A stretch of 64,000 bases of DNA from an uncultured Methanosarcinales archaeon. Lineage in GTDB: Archaea > Nanobdellota > Nanobdellia > Woesearchaeales > DSVV01. The stretch covers positions 25,537-89,536 of the forward strand of contig CAYVNO010000001.1 of the NCBI GenBank assembly GCA_964452935.1, in the 5' to 3' direction. This document shows, piece by piece, positions 56,767 to 64,000 of the stretch. Made by a program: the position numbers and the translations under genes. The notes under the pieces were generated by a model. That model was not told the DNA's origin. It ran no database searches and saw only the letters and a list, made by a program, of their open reading frames with translations. Position 1 is the stretch's first letter; every line of letters begins with the position of its first letter.

Positions 56767-59400
56767 ATGCAATATTATGCTGAAAAAACAAAAAGTGTTG
56801 AGAAGGATCTTTCTACTAGTGTGAATAATGGGCTGGAAAGTAAGGATGCAAAAAGTAGGTTAGAGAAATATGGGTTAAATGAGTTAAAAAGAGCAAAGAA
56901 GATTAATCCTATAAAGATATTCTTTGATCAATTCAAAAGTATTGTTATTTATATTTTGATTGCGGCAGTAATTATATCTATATTTCTTGGTGAGATAATT
57001 GATAGTGTTGTTATTCTAGTTATTCTAATATTTAATGCGGTTTTTGGATTTATACAGGAGTATAAAGCAGAGAAGTCTATAGAAGCTTTGAAAAAGATGG
57101 CTTCATTAAAGGCAAAAGTTATTCGGGATGGGAAAGAGATTCTAATAGAAGCAAGAGATGTTGTTCCTGGCGATGTGCTAGTGTTAGAAGAAGGAGATAA
57201 GGTTCCTGCTGATTGTAGGTTGTTTGAAGTAGTAAGGTTAGAAACACAAGAAGCGTCTTTAACAGGTGAGTCAACACCAGTAAATAAGACAGATGATATT
57301 ATGAAAAAAGATACAATCTTAGCTGAGAGAAAGAATTGTGTATATGCAGGAACAATTATTACAAAAGGAAGAGGTAAAGGGGTTGTTATTGGAACTGGAA
57401 TGAAAACAGAGCTTGGGAAAATAGCGAAATTAATCCAGGACACAGAACAAGAGTTAACTCCTTTACAACATAAATTAGATTCTTTAGGCAGATGGTTAGG
57501 TTTTGCAACTATATTTATTTGTGTGATTGTTTTTATTGTTGGTATTTTAAGGGGAGGGAGCATGTTAGAGATGTTTTTAGCTGCAGTAGCACTAGCAGTA
57601 GCAGCTATTCCAGAAGGTTTACCAGCTGTGGTTACTATCTCTTTAGCGTTAGGTGTAAGAAGGATGATAAAGAGGAACGCGTTAGTTAGAAAACTACCTT
57701 CTGTTGAAACTTTGGGGTGTACAACTGTTATCTGTTCCGATAAAACAGGAACATTAACCAAAAATGAGATGACTGTGAAAAAGATTTTTATGAATAATAA
57801 TATTGTTGAGGTAAGTGGTGCAGGTTATACTGATGATGGAAATTTTATGTTTAAAGATAAGAAAGTTAATCCAGAACAGTTTGAGATGTTATTAAAGATT
57901 GGTGCGTTAAATAACTCAGCTTTAGAGAAAGGAACTGTTATTGGAGATCCTACTGAGGGATGTTTGATTGTTAGTGCAAGAAAAGGTGGGTTAGATAGAG
58001 AAAAATTAGAGAAGGAATGTAAACGAGTTGATGAGCTTCCGTTTGATTCTGAAAGAAAGATGATGAGTACTGTACATCTGGTTTCTGGTAAGAAGATGGT
58101 ATACACTAAAGGAGCTCCTGATATGATTATTAATTGTTGTACTCATATTTTAGAGAATGGCAAGGTTAGAAAGTTATCAGATAAAGATAAGAAGTTTATT
58201 TATAATGTGAATGATGGCTTTGCAAAAGATGCTTTAAGAGTTTTAGGATTTGCATATAAACCTTTGAAATTAGCTGAGAAGGCTGAAGAGAAAAAGTTAA
58301 TCTTTGTTGGGTTGCAAGCGATGATTGATCCACCAAGAGAGAGTGTTAAGGATTCTATAAAAAGATGCCATGATGCAGGTATTAAGGTTGTTATGATTAC
58401 AGGAGATCATGAGATAACTGCTAGAGCGATTGCAAAAGAGTTAGGCATTGGCGATAGATCAATGTGTGGCAAAGATTTAGATGAAAAAGAGGATTTACAT
58501 AATATTGTTAAGAATATTGATATCTATGCAAGAGTTAATCCAGAACATAAGCTAAAGATTGTTGATGCTCTGAGAAAGAATGGGCATGTTGTTGCGATGA
58601 CTGGAGATGGTGTTAATGATGCTCCAGCTTTGAAAAAAGCTGATATTGGAATTGCTATGGGAATTACAGGGACAGATGTTTCAAAAGAGGCTTCTGATAT
58701 GGTTTTAGTTGATGATCACTTTTCTTCTATTGTTAATGCTGTTGAAGAAGGAAGAGGGATCTATGACAATATAAAGAAGTTTGTTAATTACATGTTATCT
58801 TCAAATTTAGGAGAGGTATTAGTTTTATTTGTAGCAATGTTGATAGGGTTTAAAGATTCAATGGGGGGAGTTGTTATTCCAATAATTGCTATACAAATTT
58901 TGTGGATAAATTTAGTTACAGATGGTTTGCCTGCTTTAGCGTTGGGTGTTGATCCAATTAGTAGAGGGATTATGCAGAGAAATCCTAGAAGCCCAAAAGA
59001 ACATATTGTTTCTGCAAATATGGGAGTTAATGTGTTGTTGATAGGAATAATGATTTGTGTAATAAGTTTGATATTATTTAATAAAGGGTTAAGTGAAGAT
59101 GTTGTTGTTGGAAGGACAATGGTGTTTACAGCTTTAGTGGTTATGGAGACAGTAAGAGTTGTTATGATAAGATCACAGTATAATGTTGGCTTTTTATCCA
59201 ATAAATATTTAATTGGAGCTTTATTTGTTTCATTATTATTGCAGTTAGCGGTTGTTTACACACCATTGAATATTATATTTAAGACAGCTCCGTTAGGTTT
59301 AGTACATTGGATGTATATTATTATTGGTGCTGTTTCAATGATGATTGTTGGAATGGGTGCAAACTTTTTAATTAAAAGAATAACAAGAGAGGTTGATTGA
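56767..59400 (+). CDS. P-type IIA cation (Ca2+)-transporting ATPase
   Basis: LTGES, AIPEGLP, DKTGTLT, KGAP, MTGDGVNDAPAL and INLVTDG. Confidence 0.95.
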   Translation: MQYYAEKTKSVEKDLSTSVNNGLESKDAKSRLEKYGLNELKRAKKINPIKIFFDQFKSIVIYILIAAVIISIFLGEIIDSVVILVILIFNAVFGFIQEYKAEKSIEALKKMASLKAKVIRDGKEILIEARDVVPGDVLVLEEGDKVPADCRLFEVVRLETQEASLTGESTPVNKTDDIMKKDTILAERKNCVYAGTIITKGRGKGVVIGTGMKTELGKIAKLIQDTEQELTPLQHKLDSLGRWLGFATIFICVIVFIVGILRGGSMLEMFLAAVALAVAAIPEGLPAVVTISLALGVRRMIKRNALVRKLPSVETLGCTTVICSDKTGTLTKNEMTVKKIFMNNNIVEVSGAGYTDDGNFMFKDKKVNPEQFEMLLKIGALNNSALEKGTVIGDPTEGCLIVSARKGGLDREKLEKECKRVDELPFDSERKMMSTVHLVSGKKMVYTKGAPDMIINCCTHILENGKVRKLSDKDKKFIYNVNDGFAKDALRVLGFAYKPLKLAEKAEEKKLIFVGLQAMIDPPRESVKDSIKRCHDAGIKVVMITGDHEITARAIAKELGIGDRSMCGKDLDEKEDLHNIVKNIDIYARVNPEHKLKIVDALRKNGHVVAMTGDGVNDAPALKKADIGIAMGITGTDVSKEASDMVLVDDHFSSIVNAVEEGRGIYDNIKKFVNYMLSSNLGEVLVLFVAMLIGFKDSMGGVVIPIIAIQILWINLVTDGLPALALGVDPISRGIMQRNPRSPKEHIVSANMGVNVLLIGIMICVISLILFNKGLSEDVVVGRTMVFTALVVMETVRVVMIRSQYNVGFLSNKYLIGALFVSLLLQLAVVYTPLNIIFKTAPLGLVHWMYIIIGAVSMMIVGMGANFLIKRITREVD

Positions 59401-59401
59401 A

Positions 59402-59521
59402 GTGGTGAGAATACAAGCAAGAAGTGTTGGTAAAGAAAAACCAAAGTCAAATGATGAGATATATAAGAATTGGAAAAGATACATGGAAGTAAGAAAAAAG
59501 GAAAGGAACAAAGAAGATTAA
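59402..59521 (+). CDS. Small basic hypothetical protein (39 aa)
   Basis: GTG start after GAGGTTGA. MVRIQARSVGKEKPKSNDEIYKNWKRYMEVRKKERNKED fills the gap between its neighbours almost exactly. Confidence 0.5.
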   Translation: MVRIQARSVGKEKPKSNDEIYKNWKRYMEVRKKERNKED

Positions 59522-59522
59522 A

Positions 59523-60617
59523 ATGAATAAGAATCTTTTATTTGGTATTGTGATGGGTGTTTCTATTTTATTAAGTGCTTTAATTATTGGTTTTGTTTAT
59601 TATTCTGATTCTGATGAACCTCATGTTGGTGGTTTATTGCCGGTTATGATTCAATTAGCTTCTGGATGTGATGTTGGAGAGTATTATGATGTTGAGCCAA
59701 TATTTATTAAGAATTTTGGTGATAGTAATATTGTTGTAACAATGAAAACAAGACAAGACATTGTTTCTTTAAAGAATGATGATTGTGTTATAAAATCTGG
59801 GAGACCAGATGAGTTAAGAGAGTTAATTGAAGAGTTAAGGCCACAGTTAAGAGAAGAAAGAGATGAAAAACTAAGAGAGTTAAGATTAAATAGGTCTGTT
59901 AAGAAAAAAGATGTTTTAGACAAAGATGATTTAGAAGATTTCTTGAAGAATAAACATCCTGATACCCCTCAAGATGCTCCTGATGGTGGCGTTATGTCTC
60001 CGTATCAACTTTATGTTACACCAGATGATGTAGAATATTATTTAGATGATAATAGTTTAAGTACAAAAGAAGAGATTTATGAAGCGGCTTTACAATGGGT
60101 GTGGGTTTCTGAGCAGACGTTAAATAATGAGGATGAGTTATGGTTATATCCTGTGGATTTTTTAGATGATACTCCTAGTTATCTTGGGAACCCTGTCAAA
60201 GGTAGAATTGCGAGTGACTGTTCTGAACAAGCTAACACTTTAGCTTCGTTATTAATTGCTTCTGATGAATATGATGAGACAGAGGTTAGAGTTGTTTTGG
60301 GTTTAGTTGATTTTGGAGGTTCTACAGGTGGACATGCATGGGTTGAGGTCTATGAAGATGCAAGATGGTTTGCTTTAGAGCCTACTGCAGGTTATTATTA
60401 TGACGATGATAATAATAAGTTTGTGAAGACAGATGTTTCTGTTATTCCTTATGAATATTTTAGTTTCTATGAGTTCCCTGCTGAAGAGATCTGGTATTAT
60501 TATAATCATGAATACTTTTATGACTTTGTTGACAGAAGGGGAAATGCTCCTCAGAATTGGAGAAAAATGGCAAAATCTTATTTCCAGAGTCAGATTACAG
60601 CGAGTAGGGCAAATTAG
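59523..60617 (+). CDS. Membrane-anchored transglutaminase-like protein
   Basis: N-terminal TM segment, SDCSEQANTLASLL, GGHAWVEV and WFALEPT. Confidence 0.8.
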   Translation: MNKNLLFGIVMGVSILLSALIIGFVYYSDSDEPHVGGLLPVMIQLASGCDVGEYYDVEPIFIKNFGDSNIVVTMKTRQDIVSLKNDDCVIKSGRPDELRELIEELRPQLREERDEKLRELRLNRSVKKKDVLDKDDLEDFLKNKHPDTPQDAPDGGVMSPYQLYVTPDDVEYYLDDNSLSTKEEIYEAALQWVWVSEQTLNNEDELWLYPVDFLDDTPSYLGNPVKGRIASDCSEQANTLASLLIASDEYDETEVRVVLGLVDFGGSTGGHAWVEVYEDARWFALEPTAGYYYDDDNNKFVKTDVSVIPYEYFSFYEFPAEEIWYYYNHEYFYDFVDRRGNAPQNWRKMAKSYFQSQITASRAN

Positions 60618-60629
60618 ATTGGTGACACA

Positions 60630-62315
60630 ATGGATCAAAAATCAAATAAATATTTCAAAGAGCTAATGAAAGAGTTAGGTAGAAAGAAATACACTAAACA
60701 TACTCTTAATACACTTAAGATGAAACTCTGTGAGAAACATAAATTAAAGAATATTCCAACTGATATCCAGATTCTTTTGAATGTTGATAAAAAGAAATTA
60801 AATAAATTCAATCTTAAACTATTGCAGACTAAACCTACAAGGTCTATTTCAGGTGTTGCTGTCTGTGCAGTTATGAGTTTTCCGTATAAATGTCCTCATG
60901 GTGAGTGTAGGATGTGTCCTTCAAATACTTCAAAAGGTATTCCACAGAGTTATACTGGGAAAGAGCCGGCATCAATGAGGGCAATTAGGAATAAATTTGA
61001 TTCTTACTTGCAGGTTTTTAATAGATTAGAGCAATATGTTGTTATGGGGCATAATTTTGATAAGATTGAGTTAATTATTATGGGCGGTACATTCCCAAGT
61101 TTTCCAAAAAAATATCAAGAGAATTTTGTAATGAATGCGTTCAAAGCTATGAATGATTTTGGAAAATTATTTTTTGTAAATAATGAGTTTAATGTTTCTA
61201 AATTTAAGAAATTCTTTGAATTGCCTGGTGAAGTTGGTAGTGAGAAGAGAGTTAAGTCTATTCATAAGAAGATTTTGAAATTAAAAGGTAAGTCTACTTT
61301 AGAGAAAGAACAGAGAATGAATGAGAAGTCAATGGTTAGATGTGTTGGTATGACTCAGGAGACTAGACCGGATTATGGGATGTTAAAACATGCAAATGAG
61401 ATGTTAAGATTAGGTTGTACTAGAGTTGAATTAGGTGTACAAACGGTTTATAACGAAGTTTTAGAGAGGATTGAGAGAGGACATAGTGTTGAAGACAGTA
61501 TTAATTCTATAAGGATTCTAAAAGATTTAGGTTTTAAGATAAATTATCATGTAATGCCTGGTTTGCCTGATGTTGATAAGAAAAAAGATATTGAAGGATT
61601 AAAGAAATTATTTACTGATCAAAGATTTAGACCAGATATGTTAAAAATATACCCTTGTATGGTTTTAAAAAATACTAAATTATTTAGAGATTGGAAGAAA
61701 GGTAAGTTTGATCCGTTAACAACAAAGAAAGCTGCCGAGTTAGTTGCAGAGTTTAAGAAATATGTTCCAGAGTATGTAAGAATAATGAGGGTTCAAAGAG
61801 ATATTCCTACTTATATGACAGAAGCAGGAGTTGATAAAACAAATTTAAGACAGTATGTTGATAAGTTGAAACCAAAATGTAAATGTATTAGGTGTAGGGA
61901 GATTGGTAGATTTATTGGAAAAAAGAATTTTAAACTAGGGAAAATTAGTGTGAATATTAAAGAGTATAAGGCAAGCGATGGAAAAGAGTTTTTTATTTCT
62001 GCAGATGATAAGAATATGTTGTTGGGTTTTTGTAGATTAAGATTTCCTTCACAGTTACTTAGAAAGGAAATAACGAAGAAAACTGCCTTAGTTAGGGAGT
62101 TGCATATTTATTCTCCCGCGGTTAATATTGGTGAGAAATCTAAGGATTCATTTCAACATAAAGGACTTGGAAAGAAATTATTGAAAAAAGCTGAAGAAAT
62201 TGCTAAAAAGAATGGAAAGAAGAAAATAGTTATTATTTCTGGTGTTGGAGCTAGGGATTATTATAGAAAATTAGGTTATAAAAATCAAGGGCCTTATATG
62301 GTAAAGAAACTGTAA
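60630..62315 (+). CDS. elp3: Elp3 tRNA U34 carboxymethyltransferase (radical SAM plus KAT)
   Basis: CPHGECRMCP, PQSYTGKEPA, ETRPD, RVQRDIP, QHKGLG and ISGVGARDYY. Confidence 0.96.
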   Translation: MDQKSNKYFKELMKELGRKKYTKHTLNTLKMKLCEKHKLKNIPTDIQILLNVDKKKLNKFNLKLLQTKPTRSISGVAVCAVMSFPYKCPHGECRMCPSNTSKGIPQSYTGKEPASMRAIRNKFDSYLQVFNRLEQYVVMGHNFDKIELIIMGGTFPSFPKKYQENFVMNAFKAMNDFGKLFFVNNEFNVSKFKKFFELPGEVGSEKRVKSIHKKILKLKGKSTLEKEQRMNEKSMVRCVGMTQETRPDYGMLKHANEMLRLGCTRVELGVQTVYNEVLERIERGHSVEDSINSIRILKDLGFKINYHVMPGLPDVDKKKDIEGLKKLFTDQRFRPDMLKIYPCMVLKNTKLFRDWKKGKFDPLTTKKAAELVAEFKKYVPEYVRIMRVQRDIPTYMTEAGVDKTNLRQYVDKLKPKCKCIRCREIGRFIGKKNFKLGKISVNIKEYKASDGKEFFISADDKNMLLGFCRLRFPSQLLRKEITKKTALVRELHIYSPAVNIGEKSKDSFQHKGLGKKLLKKAEEIAKKNGKKKIVIISGVGARDYYRKLGYKNQGPYMVKKL

Positions 62316-62342
62316 TATTTTTAAATAGGGCTGTATTTCTTT

Positions 62343-63386
62343 ATGATTATGGGAGATAAGATTGATATACCTATTGTACTTGATGTTGATTTAACAGCTT
62401 CTGCTGAGTATTTACAGATTCCTATGCTTACTGATAGATTTCCTGCTTTGAAGGAGCACTATGCTACAAAGGGTTATGAGTTAAATGTTCCTCAGGATTA
62501 TCTAGATATTTCTTCAAATTTTGGTGATAGGGGTGTTGCTTATTTACAGATGATGATTTGGGATGCACAACCAGGTGGTCCGTTAGATGGGTTAACAAAT
62601 GAAGAAATCAGGAATTCTGGAAAAAGAGCTGAACCTGCTATTGGTTTGGCAGATGGTTTAAGGCAACTTAGGAATGATTTTAGTGGAATAGCTAGACTTC
62701 ATTATTTTTTTCTTTCAATGGGCAATAAACCTGCAGTTGAAGGGTTTGTTGAAGCTCAAAGATTAACAGATGTTGTTGAATTAATAGAAGCTTCTGAGTT
62801 TACTACAGATGAGGATGGAGTAATAAATGGTTTGAAAAGAGTTGTCGACGATTTTGGTAAGAACAGATGGATAATTCCTTTTTTGAAAGGAGGGAGAGAT
62901 TCATTGAATACTGTTGTTTCAACTCGTAGACAGAAATTCAATGATAGGGATCTTATTGTTATTGGAGATGGTTTTACTGATGTGTCTAAATTTACTTATG
63001 GTAAATCAAGAGGAGCTGCACCTATCTGTGTTTATGCTCCAGGAGATATTCGTAGATTTATCCAGGCTATTGAAATTGTTGGACCAAGAGTGGATTGTGT
63101 TGTTCCTAGAGATTATACTCCTGGCAGTGTTCTTTATGATTATTTGAGTTCAGTTATTTCTAGTAATGTAGCAGGCCATTGTGATTTTGAGCCAGGTCTT
63201 TTGTATAAACATGGTACAGACGGGATAGCTCATGGTGGGACAAGAGAGTTAGTTGAAAGGCATTTAAGGGATTGTTGTGGATGTCGCTCTTATTTTGAGA
63301 GATATGTTGTGGATACTAATGGCGGCGAACATATAGAACACAGAAAATCTTTAGTTTCGCCAGTTGTTTTAAGTATGGATGATTAA
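62343..63386 (+). CDS. HAD-superfamily hydrolase-like protein
   Basis: VLDVDLT (DxD motif), LS motif, K, and IGDGFTD. Confidence 0.65.
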   Translation: MIMGDKIDIPIVLDVDLTASAEYLQIPMLTDRFPALKEHYATKGYELNVPQDYLDISSNFGDRGVAYLQMMIWDAQPGGPLDGLTNEEIRNSGKRAEPAIGLADGLRQLRNDFSGIARLHYFFLSMGNKPAVEGFVEAQRLTDVVELIEASEFTTDEDGVINGLKRVVDDFGKNRWIIPFLKGGRDSLNTVVSTRRQKFNDRDLIVIGDGFTDVSKFTYGKSRGAAPICVYAPGDIRRFIQAIEIVGPRVDCVVPRDYTPGSVLYDYLSSVISSNVAGHCDFEPGLLYKHGTDGIAHGGTRELVERHLRDCCGCRSYFERYVVDTNGGEHIEHRKSLVSPVVLSMDD

Positions 63387-63427
63387 TTCGGTAAATCTTT
63401 ATAAATGGATATTTAATACCTTATTAT

Positions 63428-64000
63428 ATGAATCCGCCAGTATATAGGCCTGTTAGAATTGGTGCTTTAAGTACTGATACTTCAGGGGAGAATGGGGAAA
63501 AGAAGGTACCAGATAGATTAGATGAATTAGTTGAAAAATTATCTAATGAGTTAGGTAGGGATAATGTTTCTGTGGAACATAAACTTGTTCGTGAGCATAC
63601 TTCTGATAATCCAACTTTTATGCATCTTGTTGAATATTATAAACCTTATCTTAAAGAACTTGTTGAAGAAAAAAAAGTTGATGTTCTGTTTGTTAATGGT
63701 GGGGATGGGACAATGCAGATTGTAATTTCCGCATTGGTTGAGTTATATAGGGATACTCCTAAAATGATTCCAAAAATACGTCCTGGAAGGGGCGGAACAC
63801 AGAATATAAGTGCTGATTCTCTTGATGTTCCTAGAAAAAGTTTGTTGGATGGGTTATTGGGAAAAACTTCTCCTGAGATTGCTTTAGATGATTTAGTTAG
63901 AAAATGTAGTGGGATGTACATTGATGACATGGATGAAGGGGTTAATGATTTAGATAGATGTGTTGAAAGATATCATGTTTTAAAGGTTGAAGATGGAAAT
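63428..64000 (+). CDS. Diacylglycerol-kinase catalytic-domain-like protein, 3'-truncated
   Basis: Not in the ORF track because it runs off the window. Manual translation shows VLFVNGGDGTMQ and PGRGGTQNISA. Confidence 0.7.
   Translation, partial: MNPPVYRPVRIGALSTDTSGENGEKKVPDRLDELVEKLSNELGRDNVSVEHKLVREHTSDNPTFMHLVEYYKPYLKELVEEKKVDVLFVNGGDGTMQIVISALVELYRDTPKMIPKIRPGRGGTQNISADSLDVPRKSLLDGLLGKTSPEIALDDLVRKCSGMYIDDMDEGVNDLDRCVERYHVLKVEDGN

Noticed and set aside
56949..57761. 270-aa antisense ORF and many other shadow ORFs (e.g. 7519-7947, 16471-16776, 58788-59201)
   Set aside because: They are antisense or alternate-frame to well-supported genes, and their composition just mirrors sense-strand codon bias.
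1..64000. CRISPR array or cas genes
   Set aside because: There are no regularly spaced repeats with unique spacers and no cas motifs. The repeats found occur in only 2-3 copies.

Overview
A low-GC archaeal chromosomal segment, most consistent with a DPANN (Woesearchaeota-like) genome. This is an inference from archaeal ribosomal, RNA polymerase and histone genes, GGAGGTGA Shine-Dalgarno motifs, TTTATATA promoters, bacterial-type metK/pgk and many ORFans. Housekeeping blocks: rpl1-rpl10-rpl12; PIN-rpoE-spt4-rps24e-rps27ae; tRNA-Pro (with a T-loop intron)-rpl37ae-rpoP-pcc1-pfdB; aRF1, Elp3, Trm11, a beta-CASP nuclease and a Ca-type P-ATPase. Metabolic genes: psd-pssA-PAP2-carS lipid cluster, pgk, intein-containing ppsA, metK, thrC, argGH. 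The most unusual accessory features are: (1) a translationally coupled operon of a divergent RelA/SpoT-like synthetase, an RHH protein and an APH-like kinase; (2) a divergent Fic gene bracketed by two near-identical 39-bp palindromic sites; (3) an AbiE toxin-antitoxin module bracketed by a diverged duplicate of its neighbour's 3' end; (4) an ORFan bracketed by a repeated double-hairpin element; (5) Shine-Dalgarno-occluding double hairpins in the rpoE operon; (6) a secreted YkuD L,D-transpeptidase-like protein; (7) a degenerate PEP-synthase ATP-grasp domain fused to a HEPN-like domain, facing a DUF4145 HEPN gene. I saw no CRISPR array, rRNA, transposase or integrase. All family calls come from motif recognition by eye, with no database search.
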